Both the position numbers and the translations under genes were made by a program. A stretch of DNA of 63,827 bases. It comes from an uncultured Oscillospiraceae bacterium. GTDB lineage: Bacteria > Bacillota > Clostridia > Oscillospirales > Oscillospiraceae. This document shows positions 9,110 to 18,370 of the stretch, in pieces (position 1 is the first letter of the stretch; each line of letters starts with the position of its first letter). The stretch lies in assembly GCA_964640905.1 (NCBI GenBank), contig CAZXIW010000001.1, positions 1-63,827 on the forward strand, written 5' to 3'. Below the pieces are notes generated by a model, which saw only the letters and a program-made list of their open reading frames with translations, searched no databases and was not told the origin of the DNA.

Positions 9110-10561
9110 ATGAAAAAAATCTACCGCATACTTTCCGGCCTCATTCTGGCGGCAATGCTTGTGCTTGGCATCGTCTCGCTCTTTACAACCGAAACCGGCG
9201 AGCAGACAAAGGCCGAAGCGCCGGAATTCTCCATCCAGGCGCTGCTGGACGGAAGCTATATCCCGGCGCTGGAAAGCTATTATGCAAAAACCTTCCCGAT
9301 GCGCAAAGCGCTGCTTCAGGCCAACCGCCGTCTCAACGGCTTCTACTATTCCTCCGGCGGCGAGGAAAACATTCTCGTCATCGGCGGCAGCACCGGCGCA
9401 GAGCAGGGGGGCGAGTCCCTTGCAAAGCAGGAATATGAAAAAACGGGGCAGACGCTGGAAAATGAGGCGGACAAGGTCACAGAGACCTCCGCGCCGGCCG
9501 ATGTGCCGGAGCGCGCGCCATCGCAGAGCCTTCCGGAAGCGCCTTCTTCGGAAAACGAGGAGCAGCCCGCGCCGCAGCCCCAGCCGGAAGCAGAGCCAGA
9601 GCCGCTTCCGGAACTGGAAGACCCCGACCCCTCTGAGGTCGAGTATGCGGGCAATGTTGTGATCGTGGGAAACCGCGCGATGGAAATTCCGACGGCAACA
9701 AACACCGTCATTGAAAGCTACGCAAAAACCGTCAACGCACTTGCAAGTGCCCTTGGGAGCGAGGTTCGCACGATCAGCCTTATCACGCCGAACGGCGGCG
9801 AGTTTTATTCGCCTGAGAGCATGCACCAGGGGCTTAATTCCCAGAAGGATATGATCGACCTCTGCTACGGCGCAATGGATGAGGCAGTTCTCACCGTCGA
9901 CGCCTATTCCGCGCTGCGCGCGCACACGGATGAATACATCTTCTTCCGCACCGACCACCACTGGACACAGCTTGGCGCGTACTATGCCTACACAGCCTTC
10001 TGCGAGGCGACGGGCTTTGAGGCCGTGCCGCTGGAGGATTTCCAGACCGGGCGCTATGACCGCTTTGTTGGCTCGATGTATACCTTCACGGCAAATTACC
10101 CGCAGAGCCAGACACTGCTCGATAACCCCGATTATCTCGACTATTATCTTCCCGTCGCAACGACGCATGCAAAATACTACGCCGACGGAACGCTGCAAAA
10201 CGGCATCCCCGTGAGCGTGGTCTACCGGAATCTCGATGCTTCGGTCTCCAACAAGTATCAGTGCTTCATTGGCGGCGATACGCCCATCTGCATCATCGAG
10301 ACGGATGTGGAAGGGCCGGTGTGCCTGATGCTGAAAGAATCGTATGGCAATGCGTTCGCGCCGTTTTTGACGAGCCACTACAGTAAGATCATTGTTGTCG
10401 ACCCGCGCGAATTTAACCGCGACGGAAAGCCGTCGCTTGATCTGGCGGCCTTCGCGGCCGGGCAGGGCGTAAATGACCTTCTGGTCATCAACTATCCCTA
10501 CATGATTAACAACTCTTACTACATTGCCTGGCTTGGCCGAATGGTCGGCTATTCCTCATAA
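9110..10561 (+). CDS. DHHW-family (AlgJ/PatB-like) membrane-anchored O-acetyltransferase partner
   Basis: RTDHHWT motif, N-terminal TM, Pro/Glu-rich linker, KESYGN; follows the MBOAT gene. Confidence 0.88.
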   Translation: MKKIYRILSGLILAAMLVLGIVSLFTTETGEQTKAEAPEFSIQALLDGSYIPALESYYAKTFPMRKALLQANRRLNGFYYSSGGEENILVIGGSTGAEQGGESLAKQEYEKTGQTLENEADKVTETSAPADVPERAPSQSLPEAPSSENEEQPAPQPQPEAEPEPLPELEDPDPSEVEYAGNVVIVGNRAMEIPTATNTVIESYAKTVNALASALGSEVRTISLITPNGGEFYSPESMHQGLNSQKDMIDLCYGAMDEAVLTVDAYSALRAHTDEYIFFRTDHHWTQLGAYYAYTAFCEATGFEAVPLEDFQTGRYDRFVGSMYTFTANYPQSQTLLDNPDYLDYYLPVATTHAKYYADGTLQNGIPVSVVYRNLDASVSNKYQCFIGGDTPICIIETDVEGPVCLMLKESYGNAFAPFLTSHYSKIIVVDPREFNRDGKPSLDLAAFAAGQGVNDLLVINYPYMINNSYYIAWLGRMVGYSS

Positions 10562-10576
10562 ACTATGATAAACCAT

Positions 10577-10680
10577 GCCCCCGAACGAAGATCGTTCGGG
10601 GGCAAAACTCCCGAAAAACTCCACCAGAGTTTTTTCGATCGTAAAAGCCGCCCGATTCCATCTGGAATCGGGCGGCTTTT
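10577..10680. terminator. Two terminator-like hairpins between convergent genes
   Basis: GCCCCCGAACG/CGTTCGGGGGC (10577-10603) and AAAAGCCGCCCGATTCCA/TGGAATCGGGCGGCTTTT (10643-10680). Confidence 0.8.
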
Positions 10681-10683
10681 GTA

Positions 10684-13410
10684 TCAGGCCTCGCGGACGT
10701 TAAATTCCTTGGTGGTGACAAGCTGGTGATTGAAGTAGATCTCAAGCTCATATGTGCCGGGCGTTCTGGGCATGCTCTGGAGCGTGCCGACGAACAGATC
10801 CTTTTCCCACATCGTGTTCCACATATGCTCGCTTGTCTCAAAGCTGACAAGCTTTCCATCCGCATTGCGGACAACCAGCATGACGCTGACTGCCTCCTCT
10901 GCGCTCTTATCGAGCGTTTGCAGCGTTTGCAGCGCAAAGGCCATCTTCTCGTCAACGGTGTAATAATTGTTGCGCGTCTGCGAGAGGTCTGTGCTTGTGA
11001 CCGTCTCAAGCTCATCCGGGCACAGGAAGAAGCCAAGATAGGAATTGGCAAAGCCGTGCGCGGTGAATTTCTCGGTGATGGCGGGCGCGTGATAGGTGAG
11101 TTTGGTTTCACCCTCAAGCTTTTCTCCGCTGGAAAGCGCCAGCGTGAAGTTGTAATCTGCGTCCGGCACAAGCTCGGAAATCGCCAGCCGAACCGGTGCG
11201 TCCTCCACCTCCATGGAGATTGCCGTCTCATCCAGACCGGAAATTTTTCCGGTAAGCGTCCAGCCGTTTTGCGCCGGGTCGACCTCGCAGACCCAGTCGA
11301 GCACAAGCTCGCTTCCGTCAACCGCAGAGGTAAAGGAGGAAAGCTTTGTGATGTTCGGCGTGATGCTTGTTGAGACGCTTTGCAGCATCGTCGGCGTTGA
11401 GATGATGATTTCATACGTCTCGCCCGGGGTCAGGCCCTCGAAGGTGACCGTGGGCGCAGAGACGATCTGCGTATCGCTGTAGCCGTCTGGCCCTGTGATC
11501 GTAACCGTCCAGCTCTCCGGCGCGTCGCCCTCGGTGTTCCACGAGAGAATGGCCGACGAGCTGGAAATCGCAACCGAAAGCGGCGGGACGATGCTGACCG
11601 TCGGGACGGTGGAGAAGCTTGCCGTGGTCATGCCGATCAGGCGGGTGTTTTCAGGCGCTTGCAGCTCGAAGGTATACTCCGTACCAGACTGGAGGTTGGC
11701 CACGACCGTGCTGTGGCCGGAGAAGCTTGCGCTCTGCGGCTCGATGCCATCTGCCCAGTAGCTGACCGTCCATGCGCCGGGGTCTGGCCCGTCTAAAATG
11801 ATGAGATTCAGCTCAGCCTGCGTCACGGAGACGGGCGTTGCCGTAAAGCTCAGAATTTCGGTCTGCGCCAGCGTTGTGGCCATGAGCGTTGCGTTGCCGG
11901 TCGGCGTTTCGCCGTTCTGCGGCTCAACACTGATGGTATACTGCGTGCCGGGCACAAGGCCGGAGAAGGTCAGGTCGGTATCGGCAAGGAAGCTCTGGTG
12001 GAAGGTGTTGCCATAGGTATCCGAGCAGACCATCATGAACGAGCCCTCCTTTTCGCCGGAGGCAACCTGAACGGTCAGATAATCCGTCCCGGTGTCCATG
12101 AGGGTGATGCTGTCGATGTGGATATTGCTCGGCGCAATGATGAAGAAGTAGACCGCCGCACCGATGCCTGCGATCAGCAGCAGGCAGCACAGCGCAATGG
12201 GAAGCCAGCGGCTTTTTTTGCGGCGCTTTCTGGATACCTCGGAGTCATCCAGCGGCGCATCGTCCTCCTCGTCCGGCTCTAACGAGCCGGAGATGCCGTA
12301 GCCCTCGGTGTCCTTCTGCGCCTCTTTATGAACAGACTCGATCAGAGAGTTTAGCATCTGCGTGTCCGGCGAGAAGGTCTCCTTGAAATCCTCGGGCATG
12401 CTTTCGGTGTCTGCAAACTGAACCGGCTCGACCTCTTCGTCCAGATTGGGGTCGACCGGCTCATGCTCGCCCGCGATGGGCGGAACGATGAGCGTATCGT
12501 CGAGCTGGTTTCGCTTCATGTAGTCGACCAGTGCCTGCTTCAGCTCAAGCGGCGTCTGGTAGCGGTCTTCCGGCTTGAAGGCGCAGGCCTTGAGAATGAT
12601 CTCGGAAATTTCATAGTCCGCATACATGGGAACGGGCAGCGCCTCGCCCGTCACGCGGCGGCGATCCGCCGCTTTGGCTGAGGTATTTTCATCCTCAAAG
12701 GGCGCATGGTTGCCATTAAAGATGCGGTAGAGGATGAGACCTGCCGAATAGATATCCGTGGTCGGCTCGATCGCGCCCAGAAGACTGAACAGCTCCGGCG
12801 CGGAGTAGGAGCTGAGCATGCTCTCCGGCATGGTGCAGTATTTCAGCTCATCGATCTTTGCGATGCCCAGGTCTCCGAGCAGGAAATGCCCCTGCGCACT
12901 GAGATAGATGTTGGACGGCTTGACGTCCCGGTGAATCAGTCCCGCCTGGCGCAGATCCTCCAGCGCGCTGCAAAGATCCATCGCAAGGTTGACCGCGCAC
13001 AGCCGCGTCATGGCGTTGTCGGCCAGATAATCGACCAGCGTCTTGCGGTGCTCGGCGAGTAAGTACATATCGTAGCCGACGCCGTCTTCCTTGGGCGCGA
13101 TCTGATAGCTCCGGAAGCAGTCGAGATTCGGGCTGCTTGCAAGCGCCTCGAGCGTTGTCAGCTCGGCCTGATAGTCGGATACGACCTGCTCGTAATATTT
13201 TTGTGCGTCTTCCGGGCTGGCGGCCGCGCCGGTAAACATCAGCGCATCGACCTGCTTCTGCGACTCCGGAACGGAAATATGCTTGAGAATATAGGTTTGC
13301 CCGCTTTTTGTGCTCCGCACGACATAAACCGACGCAGCACCCCGGACGCTCAGGCATTCGACCACCTCCATGTTGGAAAGCAGCGGTGAGATCAGCTTGA
13401 GTTCGGCCAA
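10684..13410 (-). CDS. Membrane Hanks-type Ser/Thr protein kinase with extracellular fibronectin-III-like repeats
   Basis: HRDVKPSN, GDLG, YSAPE and DIYSAG kinase motifs; one TM after RKRRKKSR; repeated GLVPGTQYTISV / NLQSGTEYTFEL / GLTPGETYEIII / ELVPDADYNFTL FN3 signatures; TTG start with RBS. Confidence 0.9.
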   Translation of the reverse strand: MAELKLISPLLSNMEVVECLSVRGAASVYVVRSTKSGQTYILKHISVPESQKQVDALMFTGAAASPEDAQKYYEQVVSDYQAELTTLEALASSPNLDCFRSYQIAPKEDGVGYDMYLLAEHRKTLVDYLADNAMTRLCAVNLAMDLCSALEDLRQAGLIHRDVKPSNIYLSAQGHFLLGDLGIAKIDELKYCTMPESMLSSYSAPELFSLLGAIEPTTDIYSAGLILYRIFNGNHAPFEDENTSAKAADRRRVTGEALPVPMYADYEISEIILKACAFKPEDRYQTPLELKQALVDYMKRNQLDDTLIVPPIAGEHEPVDPNLDEEVEPVQFADTESMPEDFKETFSPDTQMLNSLIESVHKEAQKDTEGYGISGSLEPDEEDDAPLDDSEVSRKRRKKSRWLPIALCCLLLIAGIGAAVYFFIIAPSNIHIDSITLMDTGTDYLTVQVASGEKEGSFMMVCSDTYGNTFHQSFLADTDLTFSGLVPGTQYTISVEPQNGETPTGNATLMATTLAQTEILSFTATPVSVTQAELNLIILDGPDPGAWTVSYWADGIEPQSASFSGHSTVVANLQSGTEYTFELQAPENTRLIGMTTASFSTVPTVSIVPPLSVAISSSSAILSWNTEGDAPESWTVTITGPDGYSDTQIVSAPTVTFEGLTPGETYEIIISTPTMLQSVSTSITPNITKLSSFTSAVDGSELVLDWVCEVDPAQNGWTLTGKISGLDETAISMEVEDAPVRLAISELVPDADYNFTLALSSGEKLEGETKLTYHAPAITEKFTAHGFANSYLGFFLCPDELETVTSTDLSQTRNNYYTVDEKMAFALQTLQTLDKSAEEAVSVMLVVRNADGKLVSFETSEHMWNTMWEKDLFVGTLQSMPRTPGTYELEIYFNHQLVTTKEFNVREA

Positions 13411-13586
13411 ATGTTTCGCCTCCTTTTCATAGACTTTTCTATTTTAAGCGATTTCGCAGGAAAATGCAATACAATATCGTGTCAGATGGGCTTGGAATTT
13501 GACGCATTTTGTGTTATGATACAAATGCGGCACAGCCGCAAGAATCCCGCGCGAAGCTGCTTCGCGCAAAGATGCGGAGGATTTCC

Positions 13587-14873
13587 ATGAAACTGAAACT
13601 TTGCGAATACTGCGGCACGGAGTTTGATTCCGCGCTGGGGCAGTGTCCGCTTTGCGGAAAGGCAGTTCAGCCCGGTGAGGCCGAGCCGCAGCCGGTCATG
13701 TCCGCGCCGTATAAGCCGGCGGGCGGCCATGGCGGAAGGTACAGCAAAAAGAAGGGCGGCCGCTTCTCGGAAAACCGGAAAAGCGCCGAAAAAAAGCCGG
13801 CTGAAAATCCCTATAAGCTGCCCCTGTGGGCAATGCGGCTGATTTGTGTGGTGCTGGCGCTGGCCGTCGTGCTCGGCGCGGGCGTGGCGCTTTACCAGCT
13901 CAGCTGGTTTCCGAAGTTCCTGCGCCCAAAAGAGCCTGCCACCGTGCAGACCCAGCCCGCAGAGCAGACCCCTGCCGCTCCCGCCGCGCCGGAGACGTCA
14001 AGCGCGCCGACGCAGAAGGAATATATGAACGAAGAGGACTATGTCCCGACAGAGGAAGACGAAACGCCGCAGGAGGCGCTCGTTGAATGTACCGGCCTGT
14101 CGCTTGCCACCTCGTCGATCACCTTTGACGAGGCAGAGCGGTTTTATAACATCACCGTCCAGAAGCGGCCTGAGGGCTGCAACCAGGAGGTTCTGTTTTC
14201 CTCCAGCGACGAGACCATCGCGACCGTCAACCAGCAGGGGAAGGTTGTCGCCGTCAACGGCGGCACGGCCATCATTACCGCCGTCTGCGGGATGCAGAGT
14301 GCGACCTGCCTTGTGACGTGCGACTTTGTGGTGCAGGCGCCGGAGACGGTAGACGAGGAAGCGCCCGCGCCGGAGCTGAGCACCACGGATATGACGCTCT
14401 TCTATCCCGGCGAGCAGGCCCCGCTTCTCATCAGCAACGCACCCGAGGGCGCACAGGTCACCTATACGAGCGAGAACCCCGCCGTTGCAACCATCTCCTC
14501 AAGCGGAACGATCACCGCCGTCGGCAGCGGCACGACCACCATCCGCGCAGAGCTCAACGGCGTCCGGCTTGAATGCATCGTCCGCTGCAAGCTCGACAGC
14601 AGCGCCGAGACCGGCGCAGATGCCGACGCAGAGGGCTGCACGATCAGCCATTCCGACGTGACAATGGCCTTCCTGGGCGAATACTTCAAGATCTCCCTGA
14701 AGGACGCTGACGGTAACCGCATCAAGGGTGTCTCCTGGAAGTCCGGCAATACGGGCGTATGCACCGTTGACGCAGACGGCGTCGTTACGGCCTCCGGCAG
14801 CGGCACGACCACCGTCTCTGCCACCTACGGCGGCAAGAGCTTTGAGTGCATTATCCGCTGCAACTTAAAGTAA
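13587..14873 (+). CDS. Zinc-ribbon + TM + about three bacterial Ig-like (Big_2) domains
   Basis: CEYC...CPLC at N-terminus; hydrophobic helix; repeats of SSDETIATVNQQGKVVAV / SENPAVATISSSGTITAV / SGNTGVCTVDADGVVTA. Confidence 0.88.
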   Translation: MKLKLCEYCGTEFDSALGQCPLCGKAVQPGEAEPQPVMSAPYKPAGGHGGRYSKKKGGRFSENRKSAEKKPAENPYKLPLWAMRLICVVLALAVVLGAGVALYQLSWFPKFLRPKEPATVQTQPAEQTPAAPAAPETSSAPTQKEYMNEEDYVPTEEDETPQEALVECTGLSLATSSITFDEAERFYNITVQKRPEGCNQEVLFSSSDETIATVNQQGKVVAVNGGTAIITAVCGMQSATCLVTCDFVVQAPETVDEEAPAPELSTTDMTLFYPGEQAPLLISNAPEGAQVTYTSENPAVATISSSGTITAVGSGTTTIRAELNGVRLECIVRCKLDSSAETGADADAEGCTISHSDVTMAFLGEYFKISLKDADGNRIKGVSWKSGNTGVCTVDADGVVTASGSGTTTVSATYGGKSFECIIRCNLK

Positions 14874-14886
14874 ACGCAAAAAAGAA

Positions 14887-14920
14887 AAATTCCCGGATAC
14901 AGGCGGTATCCGGGAGTTTT
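14887..14920 (+). terminator. Intrinsic terminator
   Basis: TCCCGGATAC-aggcg-GTATCCGGGA followed by GTTTT. Confidence 0.75.
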
Positions 14921-15053
14921 GCTATGCAAAAGCATAGCAAAATTATGAAATGCGCCATTTTCTCGCCCCTTCGGGGCAACCGAAAATGATGCGCAAAAAC
15001 TTCATGCGCTATGCCTTTGCCGCTTTTCGTGGTGTGCCGCAGCGCATGAAGTT

Positions 15054-15254
15054 TTATGCGCTCTGCTTTTTGCTCCGGCGGAACAGAAGCGTGATGCACC
15101 ACAGCCCCGCCAGCCCAACGGCGGCGTAAATGATGCGGCTGACCGCCGCCAGCTGGCCGCCGAAAATCCACGCGACCAGATCAAAGCGCGCAAAGCCGAC
15201 CAGACCCCAGTTTACCGCGCCGATGATGGCGAGAATCAATGCCAGGCTATCCAT
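15054..15254 (-). CDS. DUF378 (YuzA-like) small membrane protein
   Basis: IIGAVNWGLVG...FDLVA...IIYAAVGLAG signature; AGGAGG RBS. Confidence 0.92.
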   Translation of the reverse strand: MDSLALILAIIGAVNWGLVGFARFDLVAWIFGGQLAAVSRIIYAAVGLAGLWCITLLFRRSKKQSA

Positions 15255-15283
15255 GAAACATCCTCCTTTTCTTACTGCCTGCG

Positions 15284-15313
15284 TAGTATGCGCGCGCGGA
15301 AGGCGGCTTATGC
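15284..15313 (-). promoter_or_regulatory. sigmaG-type forespore promoter for DUF378
   Basis: GCATA-18-CATACTA. Confidence 0.75.
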
Positions 15314-15470
15314 AGGAAATCCGGAAAACAACACAAATAAGGATTGCTTTTTCGGCGAATTCCTGTATAATGAAGAATGATACGAAAAAATTTTAGCGAG
15401 AATGCCAGTTTTGCGTTTTCAGGCGGGAGTGCTTCCTGCCGGAAAATCAAAACGGTGCAGGAGGTCTGCC

Positions 15471-16070
15471 ATGAATCTTGTCTGTCTGGACTTAGAGGGC
15501 GTACTTGTCCCGGAAATCTGGATCGCCTTTGCCGAAACCAGCGGCATCCCCGCGCTTCGCCGCACGACCCGCGACGAGCCGGATTATGATAAGCTGATGC
15601 GCTGGCGGCTGGGCGTTTTAAAGGAGCACGGGCTTGGCCTGCGCGAGATTCAGGACGTCATCGCAAAAATCGACCCGCTTGAAGGCGCGCGCGAATTTTT
15701 AGACGCGCTGCGCGAAATGACGCAGGTCGTGATCCTGAGCGATACCTTCGAGGAATTTGCAAAGCCGCTGATGAAAAAGCTCGGCTGGCCAACGATCCTC
15801 TGCAACTCGCTCGTGGTCGGCCAGGACGGGATGATCGAGGATTTTAAAATGCGCTGCAAGGACTCCAAGCTCTCAACCGTCCGCGCGCTGCAATCGGTTG
15901 GCTTTGAGACCATCGCCAGCGGCGACAGCTACAATGACCTCGACATGATCCTTGCCGGAAAGGCAGGCTTCCTCTTCCGCTCCACGCCGAAAATCAGGGC
16001 CGATTATCCGCAGCTTCCGGCCTTTGAGCGCTATGACGAGCTGCTTGCGGCCATCCGCGCCGCGCTTTGA
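15471..16070 (+). CDS. thrH: Phosphoserine phosphatase / homoserine phosphotransferase (HAD)
   Basis: CLDLEGVLVPEIW, TTRDEPDY and GDSYND motifs. Confidence 0.93.
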   Translation: MNLVCLDLEGVLVPEIWIAFAETSGIPALRRTTRDEPDYDKLMRWRLGVLKEHGLGLREIQDVIAKIDPLEGAREFLDALREMTQVVILSDTFEEFAKPLMKKLGWPTILCNSLVVGQDGMIEDFKMRCKDSKLSTVRALQSVGFETIASGDSYNDLDMILAGKAGFLFRSTPKIRADYPQLPAFERYDELLAAIRAAL

Positions 16071-16119
16071 CTCTTGTCGGAAATCCTTTTGTTCCAATAA
16101 TCAAGAAAATGAAAGGTGA

Positions 16120-17367
16120 ATGAATATGAACGCTTTTTTACCCGCTGACATTCTGATGCCCAGGACTGACCATATGGAAAAATGGGCCGTCATCGCCTGC
16201 GACCAGTTTACCTCCGATCAGGGCTACTGGGAGCGCGTGCGCAAAAACGCCGAGGGCGCTGTGTCCACCATCAACCTGATTCTGCCCGAGGCCGAGCTTG
16301 GCACCGAGAAGGAAGCCGCGCATACGCTGGAGATCAACGCAACCATGAAAAAGTACATGGACGAGGACGTCTTCACAACGTATGAAAACAGCTTCGTCTA
16401 TGTCGAGCGGACGCTGGAAAACGGCTCTGTCCGTGAGGGTCTGATCGGCATGGTCGACCTCGACGCTTACGACTACACCCCGGGCGCGACCTCTGCCATC
16501 CGCGCGACCGAGCGCACCGTTGCCGAGCGCATCCCGCCCAGACAGCGTGTCCGCCGCGACGCGCCCATCGAGCTGCCCCACATTCTGATGCTCTGCGACG
16601 ACCACGACAAGAAGCTCATCGAGCCCATCGGCGCAAAGAAGGATTCGCTCAAAAAGCTCTACGACTTTGACCTCATGGAAGACGGCGGCCACATCACGGG
16701 CTGGCTCGTCGCGGGCAAGGACGCAGAAGACTTCAACGCCGCACTCACCGCATACTCCGCAACCGTCGGCGAAAAATATGTCGGCCTCAAGGGTACGCCG
16801 ATGGTCTTCGCCGTTGGCGACGGTAACCACTCACTGGCAACGGCAAAATCCTGCTACGAAGAGCTCAAAAAAAATAACCCCGGCGTCGACCTTTCCAACC
16901 ATCCGGCGCGTTACGCGCTTGTGGAGCTGGAAAACATCCACGACCCGGCGCAGGTCTTTGAGCCCATTCACCGCGTGATCTTCAAGACAGACGCCGGGAA
17001 GATGCTTGCGGCTCTGGAAGCAGCCTGCGGCGGCAAGGAAGGCTTCGAGGTCAAGTGGTATGCAGGCAGCGAGTCCGGCACGATCATTCTCGACAAGAGC
17101 AAGGGTGAGCTGGCAGTCGGCATTTTGCAGCATTTCCTCGATGAATACCTCAAGGAGAACGCGGGCGAGATCGACTATATCCATGACGACGACGCACTCA
17201 TCGGCTTTGCAAAGCAGGAAAATGCCATCGGCTTCCTGCTGCCCGCAATGGAAAAGAGCCAGCTGTTCCGCGGCGTTATTGCCGACGGCGTTCTGCCGCG
17301 TAAGACCTTCTCCATGGGTCACAGCCGCGAAAAGCGCTACTATCTGGAAGGCAGAAAGATCAAGTGA
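16120..17367 (+). CDS. DUF1015 family protein
   Basis: WAVIACDQFTS, IRATE...RIPPR, AVGDGNHSLATAK and LPRKTFSMG motifs. Confidence 0.88.
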   Translation: MNMNAFLPADILMPRTDHMEKWAVIACDQFTSDQGYWERVRKNAEGAVSTINLILPEAELGTEKEAAHTLEINATMKKYMDEDVFTTYENSFVYVERTLENGSVREGLIGMVDLDAYDYTPGATSAIRATERTVAERIPPRQRVRRDAPIELPHILMLCDDHDKKLIEPIGAKKDSLKKLYDFDLMEDGGHITGWLVAGKDAEDFNAALTAYSATVGEKYVGLKGTPMVFAVGDGNHSLATAKSCYEELKKNNPGVDLSNHPARYALVELENIHDPAQVFEPIHRVIFKTDAGKMLAALEAACGGKEGFEVKWYAGSESGTIILDKSKGELAVGILQHFLDEYLKENAGEIDYIHDDDALIGFAKQENAIGFLLPAMEKSQLFRGVIADGVLPRKTFSMGHSREKRYYLEGRKIK

Positions 17368-18275
17368 TGGTTACTGTTCAGGAAGGCGCATTTGCCAAAA
17401 TCAATTTAACGCTCGACGTTCTGGATCTGCGCGAGGACGGCTATCATAACATCAAGTCTGTCATGCAGTCGATCTCTCTGCACGACGATGTCATGCTCGA
17501 CATCGGCACTGGCGCGCCGTGGCGTGTTCACTGCTACCGCGAGGTGCTCGACGAGACCGACCCCAAGAACCCCGTCACCTCGCTTGTGACCGATGGCTTC
17601 CCGCAGAACGCGGACAACCTCGTCTGGAAGGCGGCAAAGGCCTTTTATGAGGCCGCCAAAATCCCGGAGGAGGGGCTGGAAATCTATATCAACAAGCGCA
17701 TCCCCATGCAGGCCGGCCTTGCCGGCGGCAGCGCCGACGCGGCGGCTGTTCTGCGCGCGCTTGATAAGCACTATAAGTATCCGCTCTCCATGCCGGCTCT
17801 TTGTGAGCTTGGCGGCGAGATCGGGAGCGATGTGCCGTTCTGCGTGATGCAGGGGACAGTTCTGGTCGAGGGGCTTGGCAACAAGCTGACCAAGCTTCCC
17901 GACGCGCCGCAGATGTTCTTCGTGGTCTGCAAGCCGGATTTCAGCGTCTCAACACCCGCGCTCTACAAAAAGCTCGATGAGAGCTTCATCGAAAAGCGCC
18001 CGGATCACAAGGCGATGATGTCGAATCTGCAAAAGTCAGAGCTGCTCGGCATCGGCGGAAGCCTCTGCAATGTGTTTGAGCCGGTTGTGATGCAGGAGCA
18101 TTTTGACATCAACTATATCCGCTCCATGATGATCACCTACGGCGCATACGGCGCGCAGATGACGGGCTCCGGCTCGGCAGTCTTCGGCATCTACGACTCG
18201 TTTGAGTACGCGACCGTCGCCTGCACGATGCTCAAGGATAAGTATACGCAGGTTTATCTGGCCACCACCGTCTAA
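17364..18275 (+). CDS. ispE: 4-diphosphocytidyl-2-C-methyl-D-erythritol kinase
   Basis: AKINLTLDV, KRIPMQAGLAGGSADAAA, GSDVPF and MTGSGS motifs. Confidence 0.96.
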   Translation: MMVTVQEGAFAKINLTLDVLDLREDGYHNIKSVMQSISLHDDVMLDIGTGAPWRVHCYREVLDETDPKNPVTSLVTDGFPQNADNLVWKAAKAFYEAAKIPEEGLEIYINKRIPMQAGLAGGSADAAAVLRALDKHYKYPLSMPALCELGGEIGSDVPFCVMQGTVLVEGLGNKLTKLPDAPQMFFVVCKPDFSVSTPALYKKLDESFIEKRPDHKAMMSNLQKSELLGIGGSLCNVFEPVVMQEHFDINYIRSMMITYGAYGAQMTGSGSAVFGIYDSFEYATVACTMLKDKYTQVYLATTV

Positions 18276-18309
18276 GCGCATGCCAGCGGAGAAAAAATCT
18301 TTTCGTTCC

Positions 18310-18339
18310 GTATAAAATAAGAACATACCGTCTAAACTT
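18310..18339 (+). promoter_or_regulatory. sigmaF-type promoter of spoIIR
   Basis: GTATA-15-GTCTAAACTT; spoIIR is a known sigmaF target. Confidence 0.6.
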
Positions 18340-18370
18340 CTGGTATCTTGAAGTTCAGGCGGTATTTCTT

